IMG/VR virus record: IMGVR_UViG_3300009183_000050
Span: 1-64,000 of that record
Reading direction: 5' to 3' (one strand)
DNA: 64,000 nucleotides
Source of the DNA: a virus
In this document: piece after piece, positions 9,164 to 16,705 of the stretch
Layout: every line of letters begins with the position of its first letter
Position numbering within the stretch: the first letter of the stretch is position 1
Notes under the pieces: model-generated
Told to the model about the DNA's origin: nothing
Database searches by the model: none
What the model saw: only the letters and a program-made list of their open reading frames with translations
Program-made: the position numbers and the translations under genes

Positions 9164-9868
9164 ATGCTGAATAATCCATGGATAGCTACAGAAACCAGCC
9201 CTTATCAATACTATGATGCGGGGCTTAGAAAATATCTATTATCTGTATTCAATTATATGACGATGGCACTAAGTATTAGTGGTATTGTCGCCTATGCGGT
9301 TGGAGTCAGCCCAGAACTGATGCAGGCCATATGGGGAAGCCCCCTCAAGTGGCTGGTGATGCTGGCACCTATCGGTATGGCACTCGCCATAGGGTTTCTT
9401 ATCAATGATATGAAAACTCACACAGCTAAACTATGCCTAGCTATATTTGCAGGCCTGATGGGACTAAGCCTTAGTAGCATCTTTGCCGTGTTCACCATGG
9501 CATCTATCTCTCAGGTATTTTTTATCAGTGCAGCCACATTTGGAACCACTGCAATATGGGGGTATACCACTAAACGTGACCTTAGTAATTTTGGTTCGTT
9601 TCTAATGATGGGATTGATCGGTATCGTGATTGCTGGATTGGTCAACATCTTTCTACAAAGTAGTGTATTGCAGATGGTATGTAGTGCATTAGGTGTAGTG
9701 ATCTTCGTTGGATTTACAGCTTATGATATGCAACAAATCAAACAAGCATATTATGAAACAGTCGGCGAAGAAAGAGAGAAGTCCGGAGTGATAGGTGCAT
9801 TGAATCTATATCTTGACTTTGTTAATATCTTTACAAGCCTATTGAATCTCATCGGAGACAGGAAATGA
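9164..9868 (+). CDS. yccA: Bax inhibitor-1/YccA family membrane protein
   Basis: About 7 TM segments; YDAGLRKY, GYTTKRDLS, TAYDMQQIK, GALNLYLDFVNIF. Confidence 0.9.
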   Translation: MLNNPWIATETSPYQYYDAGLRKYLLSVFNYMTMALSISGIVAYAVGVSPELMQAIWGSPLKWLVMLAPIGMALAIGFLINDMKTHTAKLCLAIFAGLMGLSLSSIFAVFTMASISQVFFISAATFGTTAIWGYTTKRDLSNFGSFLMMGLIGIVIAGLVNIFLQSSVLQMVCSALGVVIFVGFTAYDMQQIKQAYYETVGEEREKSGVIGALNLYLDFVNIFTSLLNLIGDRK

Positions 9869-10431
9869 ATATCTTCTATCTTGATAATGACCCTCAGAAA
9901 TGTGCTGAATATATGGTCGATAAGCATGTGGTCAAGATGATCCTTGAGACTGCACAGCTTCTATCGACCGCTCACCGTGTCCTAGACGGAGTAGAGTCGG
10001 TTGAACAGAGGTGGGTTGACGGCTCATTGCCTGCTCGATACCGCAAGGTGAGGCGTTGGAAACTTTCGGATGAGCGTGAAGATGTTCTCTATCAAGCTAC
10101 TCATATGAACCACCCCTCCGCTGTCTGGTGCCGAGAGAACCACCAGAACTACACATGGTTGTTCAACCATTTCCTGTCACTTATCTCTGAGTATGGTTTT
10201 CGCTACGGTAAAGATCACAAGTGCATCGATATGGTCAATGAACTCTTTAATCCACCTAAGAACATTTCAAAGAAAGCCTTCACGCCTGTCACACCAGCCA
10301 TGGCAGCCGAGTATCTTGTATCGAAAGATTCGATTGAGAACTATCGAAACTATTATAAGCTAGGCAAAACTCACCTACATAAGTGGACGAAGAGAAATCC
10401 GCCTGATTGGTTGAACACTCAGGTTGCATAA
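9865..10431 (+). CDS. pyrimidine-dimer DNA glycosylase/endonuclease V-like protein
   Basis: MNIFYLD..DKHVVKMILETAQLL, THMNHPSAVW, YRNYY. Confidence 0.8.
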   Translation: MNIFYLDNDPQKCAEYMVDKHVVKMILETAQLLSTAHRVLDGVESVEQRWVDGSLPARYRKVRRWKLSDEREDVLYQATHMNHPSAVWCRENHQNYTWLFNHFLSLISEYGFRYGKDHKCIDMVNELFNPPKNISKKAFTPVTPAMAAEYLVSKDSIENYRNYYKLGKTHLHKWTKRNPPDWLNTQVA

Positions 10432-10434
10432 ATA
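10427..10434 (+). promoter_or_regulatory. T4-like late promoter variant CATAAATA
   Basis: One mismatch to TATAAATA, just upstream of 10444. Confidence 0.5.
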
Positions 10435-10443
10435 AGGTCAACA

Positions 10444-10707
10444 ATGCCAGTATATTCATTTGAGAATCCAAAGACAGGTGATGAGTATGAACTCACCATG
10501 TCCTATAATGAGCTAGAAGCATACCTCAAAGAACATCCTGAGGTTAACCAGACTTTTCGTATGAACTTAGTTGATCCAGTAGGTATCGGTGTTACCAAAC
10601 CACCAGCAGACTTCCAGAAGTATGTCTTGGGTAAGGTCAAAGCCTCTGCGCCTGGTGCCAACAAAGACGTATTCGAGAAGAGATGGCAAATAGCAAAAGA
10701 GATTTGA
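10444..10707 (+). CDS. FmdB-like small protein (no Cys)
   Basis: MPVYSFENPKTGDEYE; usual neighbour of phoH in T4-like phages. Confidence 0.7.
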   Translation: MPVYSFENPKTGDEYELTMSYNELEAYLKEHPEVNQTFRMNLVDPVGIGVTKPPADFQKYVLGKVKASAPGANKDVFEKRWQIAKEI

Positions 10708-10750
10708 TTGAGTAAGATCAATTCAAAATATAGAAATCGAAATACCAAAA

Positions 10751-10785
10751 GAAGGTGCACCGAAAGGTCGCCTTCTTTTGCTTTT
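10751..10785 (+). terminator. hairpin plus U-tract upstream of phoH
   Basis: GAAGGTGCACC-GAAA-GGTCGCCTTC followed by TTTTGCTTTT. Confidence 0.55.
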
Positions 10786-10797
10786 AAAGGAGCAACC

Positions 10798-11514
10798 ATG
10801 TCCAAGAAGCCTAAAAAGCCAATCAACACAAACACACAGCAACAGCACCGTCCAGTGAATCATTTTGAATTGAGAAGCATCAAACCTCTCACAGTTAACC
10901 AAGAGAACACCTTTGATGCATATCACGATGGTTACAATCTAATGTTACATGGTTATGCAGGCACAGGCAAAACATTCTGCGCTCTATATCTCGCATTGAA
11001 AGATATTCTATCCGGCCGTTCTGATGCGGAGAGAATCATCCTAATTCGTTCTGTGGTTCCATCTAGAGATATGGGTTTTCTTCCAGGTTCTATCAAAGAT
11101 AAGATCAAAGTCTATGAAGAACCATATAAAGAAATTTGTGATGATCTATTTGGTCGCGGAGATGGCTATGACATATTGAAGATGAAGAAACTGGTTGAGT
11201 TTACAACCACATCATTCCTTAGAGGTTTGACATTCAACAATGCCATTGTTATCGTGGATGAAACCAATAACATGCTCATGTCAGAACTGGATACAGTCAT
11301 GACCCGAATGGGCAATAACTCTCGTATCATCTTCTGTGGTGACTATCGTCAGACAGACCTGAACAAGCCTCATGAAAAAGAAGGCATCACACAGTTTATG
11401 AAGATTACCCATAAAATAAATAGTTTCAGACACATTGAGTTCCAGAAAGAGGATATCGTCCGCTCTGGAGTTGTCAAGGACTATATCATCCAGAAAACGG
11501 AAATGGGACTATGA
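10798..11514 (+). CDS. phoH: PhoH-like ATPase
   Basis: GYAGTGKT, MGFLPG, FLRGLTF, IVDE, CGDYRQTDL, DIVRSG; AAGGAG SD before ATG 10798. Confidence 0.95.
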   Translation: MSKKPKKPINTNTQQQHRPVNHFELRSIKPLTVNQENTFDAYHDGYNLMLHGYAGTGKTFCALYLALKDILSGRSDAERIILIRSVVPSRDMGFLPGSIKDKIKVYEEPYKEICDDLFGRGDGYDILKMKKLVEFTTTSFLRGLTFNNAIVIVDETNNMLMSELDTVMTRMGNNSRIIFCGDYRQTDLNKPHEKEGITQFMKITHKINSFRHIEFQKEDIVRSGVVKDYIIQKTEMGL

Positions 11515-12074
11515 AAAAATTCAAAGAATATATCAAAGAACAGGCGGATGACCCTATGCTGGCCTTCCGCAAGAAGAAGAAAAAGGAACACCTAGAAGAA
11601 GGTAATCCTCTCTCCCGTATGACTAAGCTTGATGCTGAAGGCCGTCATTCTATCGTCATGTCCGCTGAAAGACATAACTTGACACCTGATGAAAATGGTG
11701 CTAGAATGGCTGAGTTGAAGAAGCAATGGAAAGACCGTGGTTACGGATTTCGCAAGACTGAAGGCAAGTGGGATGAAGGTGGCGGAGTAGGCAGAGAGAA
11801 CTCCATCCATGTTTTTGCTAAAGGCTCTAAGAAAGAAGATAGTGCTGAACTGCTAAAACATGCGAAAGAACTTTCGACACACCACAACCAAGATGCTTTC
11901 ATTCATCGTTCACCGACCGGTAAAGGCACTGCGGTCTACACAGGCACAGAGAAGAAGGGTGAGAAGGTTAGCTACGGTAACACTGCTTATAATGCAAGAA
12001 ACCCATATGGTGAAACGCAATATAAGAAGAACAAGCCAGAAGCTAAGAGACCATCCTTTACGTTTAAGGAGTGA
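11511..12074 (+). CDS. probable internal head protein (capsid-targeting N-terminus)
   Basis: MKKFKEYIKE resembles the T4 internal-protein CTS MKTYQEFIAE; HLEE possible gp21 cleavage site. Confidence 0.6.
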   Translation: MKKFKEYIKEQADDPMLAFRKKKKKEHLEEGNPLSRMTKLDAEGRHSIVMSAERHNLTPDENGARMAELKKQWKDRGYGFRKTEGKWDEGGGVGRENSIHVFAKGSKKEDSAELLKHAKELSTHHNQDAFIHRSPTGKGTAVYTGTEKKGEKVSYGNTAYNARNPYGETQYKKNKPEAKRPSFTFKE

Positions 12075-12262
12075 TTATGAACATTGGTGATAAAGAATAT
12101 CGTGAGAAGCTAAAGCAATATTTTGAAGAGGTGGGTCCAAACACAGGCACTAACATGGCTGGTAAATGGGCTTGGCACATCACTCAAGAGAAAGCATTTC
12201 GTAAGACATTGAAAGAACGTAACATCGAGGTCGGCAAAGAGCATATAAAAAGCAACAACTAA
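12071..12262 (+). CDS. hypothetical protein
   Basis: AAGGAG SD; TAATG overlap with next gene. Confidence 0.65.
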   Translation: MIMNIGDKEYREKLKQYFEEVGPNTGTNMAGKWAWHITQEKAFRKTLKERNIEVGKEHIKSNN

Positions 12263-13017
12263 TGCAAAGATATAAAAGCGTATTCATATCTGATGTTCAC
12301 TTGGGCACCAGAGGTTCCAAGTCTGAACTTTTACTAGACTTCTTAAAAGATGTAGAATGCGAAAATCTCTTCTTAGTCGGCGATATCTTTGATGGTTGGC
12401 GACTAAAGAAAGGCTGGTATTGGCCTCAAGAACACTCAACTGTAATACAAAAGATCCTTCGTATGTCTCGCAAAGGTACGAAGGTCTTTTATATTCCTGG
12501 AAATCATGATGAGTTTATGAGACAGTTTCTAGAGCATTCATTTGGTGCTGTTGAACTGCATGATGAGATGATCTATGAAAGTGTTCTAGGTAAAAAGTAT
12601 ATCATCATTCATGGCGATAAGTTTGACTTCGTTACTATGAATATGTCTTGGCTCTCTCATATCGGTGATTGGGCTTATACTGGCTTACTAAACATAAACA
12701 CACTGGTACATAAGATACGTTCATACTTTAGACTACCTTATTGGTCATTATCAAAGTGGGCAAAGCAACGAGTTAAAGAAGCTGTCAACTTTATAGGTAA
12801 CTATGAACATTCTCTCACGCATTACGCTAGAATTAAACACGTTGATGGTATTATCTGCGGGCATATTCATTCGGCTAATATGGATATTATAAATGGTATA
12901 GAATATATGAATTGTGGTGATTGGGTTGAATCATGCACCGCATTGGTTGAACACTGTAATGGTCGATTTGAAATCATTCATTGGAGACAAAATGTCGAAA
13001 ATCCTGATTGTATCTGA
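12262..13017 (+). CDS. plcP: PlcP-like Mn-dependent phospholipase C (LpxH2-like metallophosphoesterase)
   Basis: FISDVHLGTRG, LVGDIFDGW..WYWPQEH, PGNHDE, HGDKFD, ICGHIH, YMNCGDWVESCTALVE. Confidence 0.8.
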   Translation: MQRYKSVFISDVHLGTRGSKSELLLDFLKDVECENLFLVGDIFDGWRLKKGWYWPQEHSTVIQKILRMSRKGTKVFYIPGNHDEFMRQFLEHSFGAVELHDEMIYESVLGKKYIIIHGDKFDFVTMNMSWLSHIGDWAYTGLLNINTLVHKIRSYFRLPYWSLSKWAKQRVKEAVNFIGNYEHSLTHYARIKHVDGIICGHIHSANMDIINGIEYMNCGDWVESCTALVEHCNGRFEIIHWRQNVENPDCI

Positions 13018-13987
13018 TACATGGTCACCACATATCAACGGTGTGGTGACCACTCTCAAGAAGATAGAAGAGTATGCAAAGGGTGAGGTTGAATTTGTTA
13101 CACCACACTCATTCAAAACACACGCAAACCCATTCTATCCAGAACTCCGACTCGCCTTTCCCAATCAAAAAGAGATTCAAACAGTCGTCGATTCTATTCA
13201 ACCTGAGTTTATTCACATTGCAACCGAAGGTCCTATCGGTTATGCAATGCGTAAGTGGTGTGTGAGAAAAAAAGTTAAGTTTACTACTAGCTATCACACA
13301 AAGTTTCCTGAATACTTCAAAGCATACTTTAACATACCCACATGTATCACCTATCCATATTTCAAATGGTTTCATAATGCAGGTAAAGGTATATTTGTTG
13401 CAACCGAGTCGCTACGTCTTGACCTTGAGAAGAAAGGTTTCAAGAACTGCATGGCTTGGGCAAGAGGTGTTGATACGGAATTGTTTTGGGATTATGATAA
13501 CCAACCAAAAGCAGATCCTAAATTTGCGTTGTTTGTTGGTCGAGTATCTAAAGAGAAGAACATCGAGGCGTTTCTCAATCTCAAGTATAATGGTGTGAAG
13601 GTCGTTGTTGGTGATGGACCGCAACTCAAAGAACTCAAGAAAAAGTATCCTGATGTTCAATTCAAAGGTTCGATGACGGGTGAGTTTCTTGCATGGTATT
13701 ACCAGAATGCTGAAGTGTTTGTTTTCCCTAGCAAGTCAGATACCTTTGGTTTGGTTATGCTAGAAGCACTGGCCTGTGGAACACCTGTAGCCGCATATAA
13801 CGTAACGGGACCAAAAGATGTGATCATTCCATCTGTTGGCTGTGTTGATGATGACTTGCAAAAAGCACTTGACACAGCCGTCCATTGTGATAGAATGGTC
13901 TGTAGAAATTATGCGGAACGATTCAGTTGGAAGAAAGTGGTTGATATCTTTATCAAGAAAGTGAAATATGAAAACGTTCCGTCATAA
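12992..13987 (+). CDS. GT4 glycosyltransferase, Agt-like (diacylglycerol glycosyltransferase)
   Basis: KILIVSDTWSPHINGVVTTL, IHIATEGPIG, TTSYHTKFPEY, VGRVSKEKNIEAFL, FPSKSDTFGLVMLEALACGTPV; GGAG SD at 12983. Confidence 0.85.
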   Translation: MSKILIVSDTWSPHINGVVTTLKKIEEYAKGEVEFVTPHSFKTHANPFYPELRLAFPNQKEIQTVVDSIQPEFIHIATEGPIGYAMRKWCVRKKVKFTTSYHTKFPEYFKAYFNIPTCITYPYFKWFHNAGKGIFVATESLRLDLEKKGFKNCMAWARGVDTELFWDYDNQPKADPKFALFVGRVSKEKNIEAFLNLKYNGVKVVVGDGPQLKELKKKYPDVQFKGSMTGEFLAWYYQNAEVFVFPSKSDTFGLVMLEALACGTPVAAYNVTGPKDVIIPSVGCVDDDLQKALDTAVHCDRMVCRNYAERFSWKKVVDIFIKKVKYENVPS

Positions 13988-14654
13988 GACAAACTTGGTC
14001 AAACTAGAACCGCTGCCAGACGAGATCATTGATGGTAAGCGGTTCTACACTGCACCAAGCGGTAACAAGCTACCCTCCGTCACCACCGTGCTAGGTCACT
14101 TCAAGAAGCAAAAACTTGTCGAGTGGCAGGACAAGGTCGGCTTAGAAGAAGCTGAACGTATCAAGACTCGTGCAAGCCTTCGTGGTACCAAATTTCATAA
14201 CATGATGGAAAAGTATCTGCTAAACGAAAGCAAGCGTATCATCTTTGAAGATGTTATGCCTGATATGAAACAGGCCTTCAATGATGCTAGACCATATATT
14301 GACAAGATCGACGAGATACATTATATTGAATCTCCATTGTATTCGGAGGCTCTCGGATTGGCTGGTCGAACCGATGTGATTGCCGAGTATGATGGTGTGC
14401 CTTCAATCATCGACTTCAAGACCTCGTTGAGGATTAAGAAAGAATCGTGGATCGAAAACTACTTTGAACAGGGAACAGCCTACTCACTAATGTATGAAGA
14501 ACTAACTGGTATCAAGATCGAACAGATTGTGATTATCATATCGGTTGATCATGAGGATAAACCTCAAGAGTTTATCAAGAACCGAAATGACTATGTTGAC
14601 TCACTGATGGATAAAATCGAAGCCTATAAAAAGGAACATTCTAATGTATATTGA
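13968..14654 (+). CDS. PD-(D/E)XK (Cas4-like) exonuclease
   Basis: LPSVTTVL, RGTKFH, AGRTD..IIDFKTS, Q..AY. Confidence 0.9.
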   Translation: MKTFRHKTNLVKLEPLPDEIIDGKRFYTAPSGNKLPSVTTVLGHFKKQKLVEWQDKVGLEEAERIKTRASLRGTKFHNMMEKYLLNESKRIIFEDVMPDMKQAFNDARPYIDKIDEIHYIESPLYSEALGLAGRTDVIAEYDGVPSIIDFKTSLRIKKESWIENYFEQGTAYSLMYEELTGIKIEQIVIIISVDHEDKPQEFIKNRNDYVDSLMDKIEAYKKEHSNVY

Positions 14655-14835
14655 AATTTGGGCTATCCCTATCTTCGCATGTCTCTTCGGTTATTGTGCT
14701 TTGTGGAATAGAAAGCATGGTAAGATTGATGGCATTGAGTTAACGGTGAACTACCTATGTGATAGGGGTATCATCAAACTCCCCGGTGAGCAAGTCTTAG
14801 AGGGAATGGGCTTTCGAGTTAAAATTAAAGAGTGA
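14644..14835 (+). CDS. small membrane-anchored hypothetical protein
   Basis: AAGGA SD; hydrophobic N-terminus. Confidence 0.6.
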   Translation: MYIEIWAIPIFACLFGYCALWNRKHGKIDGIELTVNYLCDRGIIKLPGEQVLEGMGFRVKIKE

Positions 14836-14842
14836 GATTATC

Positions 14843-15022
14843 ATGAATATGACTTGGAAATTGTTCAGTGGTTTTGTAATCGGGTTTCTGTTTCTTCCAC
14901 TGATAGTGATGCTTGACAAATATGTAGGACCTGGAGCAGGATCCATCGCTATTGCTATGCTTGGAATGGGTATCTGCGTAGCGGCCTGTGTTTGGTTGAT
15001 TGAAAAGATGAGTAAACTCTGA
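14843..15022 (+). CDS. 59-aa two-TM membrane protein (not in ORF track)
   Basis: MNMTWKLFSGFVIGFLFLPLIVMLDKYVGPGAGSIAIAMLGMGICVAACVWLIEKMSKL; fills the gap before the tmRNA promoter. Confidence 0.55.
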   Translation: MNMTWKLFSGFVIGFLFLPLIVMLDKYVGPGAGSIAIAMLGMGICVAACVWLIEKMSKL

Positions 15023-15024
15023 GG

Positions 15025-15055
15025 TTGCCAACAGAGGCCACTTGTGATATAAATA
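15025..15055 (+). promoter_or_regulatory. composite promoter for ssrA: TTGCCA-N17-TATAAA overlapping late TATAAATA
   Basis: Both motifs visible directly upstream of the tmRNA. Confidence 0.7.
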
Positions 15056-15060
15056 TAGAT

Positions 15061-15360
15061 GCTAAGGTTGTTGATAATGACATAATATACGGAAGAGACC
15101 TCGGGGCAGTACCGAGCGGGTCCACCATAGATACATAGAAGGTTGTTGACCTTTTAAGGCAGTTAGCTAATGCCACCTGAGTAGAAGTCTCGGCTATGTA
15201 TCTTTGATGGGCCCGAAATAGAATCGATCTACGAGTAAAAGTCAGAGTAGACCAAGGCAAAACATAAATGCAGCAAACGATAACTTTGCATTTGAGACAC
15301 GCCTAGCGGCTTAATCTCATTGGGTATGGGTTCCACCTCGAAACAGAACGGGCCCACTTT
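15061..15360 (+). ncRNA. ssrA: circularly permuted (two-piece) tmRNA
   Basis: T-arm plus CGGGTCC-A-CCA ending 15127 precedes GGGCCCG at 15209 (7-bp acceptor stem with G3:U); tag ORF 15270-15314 AANDNFAFETRLAA*. Confidence 0.93.
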
Positions 15361-15362
15361 AT

Positions 15363-15433
15363 GTCGCTGTCGGTGTTGATGGGAAACACAGATCGATAAG
15401 ACTAGGACTTCCGTTCGAATCGGAACAGCGGCG
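15363..15433 (+). ncRNA. tRNA-like element (no proper anticodon arm, no CCA)
   Basis: GTCGCTG/CAGCGGC acceptor, GTGT/ACAC D-stem with GG loop, TTCCG-TTCGAAT-CGGAA T-arm. Confidence 0.55.
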
Positions 15434-15461
15434 CTTTGACACACAAACACAGGAGACTATC

Positions 15462-15695
15462 ATGTCAAAAACACCATTCGAGATTCGTTTAGAACTCTTG
15501 AACCTCGCTAAAGATATCCTCACAGAAAAAGCATTCAATGAACGTAACCGTCTTGAACAAGATTGGTTTGCGAAGCGTGAAATTTGCACGAAAAACAATG
15601 ATTCTGTGCCTGCTTTTCCAAAGACGCCCACTATTGATGAGGATGAAATTGCACAACTTGCTAAGAAGCTGAACGACTTTGTATCCAACGGATAA
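15462..15695 (+). CDS. conserved T4-like hypothetical protein
   Basis: MSKTPFEIRLELLNLAKD...PT.DEI...A..LNDFVS; AGGAG SD. Confidence 0.8.
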   Translation: MSKTPFEIRLELLNLAKDILTEKAFNERNRLEQDWFAKREICTKNNDSVPAFPKTPTIDEDEIAQLAKKLNDFVSNG

Positions 15696-15702
15696 GGAGA
15701 TT

Positions 15703-15728
15703 GGGAGAGGTGAAAGCCTCTCCCTTTT
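15703..15728 (+). terminator. intrinsic terminator
   Basis: GGGAGAGG-TGAAAG-CCTCTCCC-TTTT. Confidence 0.8.
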
Positions 15729-15733
15729 ACATC

Positions 15734-15967
15734 ATGGCAAATAAAGAAGAAATCACCAACTTTTCATTAGAGATCGAAGAACTTGTATGGGAAAAAGATA
15801 TTTCATATATGGAAGCTATCGTCTTGCACTGCGAACAAACAGGCCTTGAAATTGAACTAGCCGCCAAACTAATCTCTGGTGCGCTCAAGTCTAAGATCAA
15901 GCTTGAGGCTGAAGAACTGAACTTCTTACCTAAGTCTAATACTGCGAAACTTTCTATCTGGGGTTAA
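15734..15967 (+). CDS. gp33: late transcription coactivator gp33
   Basis: FSLEIE..ISYMEAIVLHCE...LKSKIKLEAEELNFL; upstream of gp59/gp32. Confidence 0.88.
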   Translation: MANKEEITNFSLEIEELVWEKDISYMEAIVLHCEQTGLEIELAAKLISGALKSKIKLEAEELNFLPKSNTAKLSIWG

Positions 15968-15970
15968 AAC

Positions 15971-16705
15971 ATGGCTGTAGATATTGACAACTTGATTCGA
16001 ACTAAAACTGTAGGTCCCGCCATATGGACTTCTACAGGTACAGGTGGTACACCTCCGAACACTGGTGTTGGTACATCACTAAACGGTATGAGTGGACATT
16101 ATCAGACCTATGATGACCCTATGAAACCTGCATCAGCGTTTAACTCTATGGAAGAATTTAACATTAAGCTGGTCAAAAGTCGAGCCAAAGAAATTTGTGC
16201 CGATCTCGACTTCACTAGACAGATGTTCAGAGGTATGCAACCAAGGTATACATTAGCTGGTGGTTGTTTTGCTTCTATGTTTCTCAACGAACGACCTAAA
16301 GACTATGATATCTTTTTTCTAGACTGTGATGAAAATATGGCTGTGGCAGAAAAACTCAACACAAATGAAATTAAATTTAGTGTAATAAGAACCAAAGAAC
16401 AACTAGACTATCTCAAGAACAAGAACATCACAGCAATCGTCGATCATAGTATTGGTGATATAGATTACCAATTCATCTTCACCAAGTATAGAACTCGTCA
16501 GGAGTTGATTGCTCACTTCGACTTCTTACATGCATGTGTTTCATATGTTCCACATGATGATAAACTTTATATCTCAAGATCCACATACGACTCGATAATG
16601 AGTAAGAAGCTGGTACCTAATCCAACAGCACCTTATCCTAGCACATGGCGTTTCGACAAATTCTTAAATAAAGGTTGGATTACCGATGAGACTTTCAGCC
16701 TTTGA
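15971..16705 (+). CDS. poly(A) polymerase/CCA-type nucleotidyltransferase-like protein
   Basis: LAGGCFAS....PKDYDIFF and HFDFLH resemble the class II NTase head motifs. Confidence 0.65.
   Translation: MAVDIDNLIRTKTVGPAIWTSTGTGGTPPNTGVGTSLNGMSGHYQTYDDPMKPASAFNSMEEFNIKLVKSRAKEICADLDFTRQMFRGMQPRYTLAGGCFASMFLNERPKDYDIFFLDCDENMAVAEKLNTNEIKFSVIRTKEQLDYLKNKNITAIVDHSIGDIDYQFIFTKYRTRQELIAHFDFLHACVSYVPHDDKLYISRSTYDSIMSKKLVPNPTAPYPSTWRFDKFLNKGWITDETFSL

Noticed and set aside
10708-10797. ORF-track N-terminal extension of phoH
   Set aside because: Spans a hairpin/U-tract; the AAGGAG SD points to ATG 10798
11642-11659. Pho-box-like CCGTCAT-TCTA-TCGTCAT upstream of plcP
   Set aside because: Inside a coding region about 600 nt from plcP, three mismatches in the two heptamers and no convincing -10; PhoB control is not supported from the sequence
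13968-14654. Cas4-like nuclease as a sign of a CRISPR system
   Set aside because: No repeat-spacer array or other cas genes seen; this exonuclease is a usual phoH neighbour in T4-like phages
14825-15688. Minus-strand ORFs 14825..15031, 14955..15260, 15229..15450 and 15359..15688
   Set aside because: Antisense to the tmRNA, the tRNA-like element and real plus-strand genes; no recognisable motifs
15701-15733. ORF-track start of gp33 at 15701
   Set aside because: Runs through a terminator hairpin; ATG 15734 matches the gp33 N-terminus
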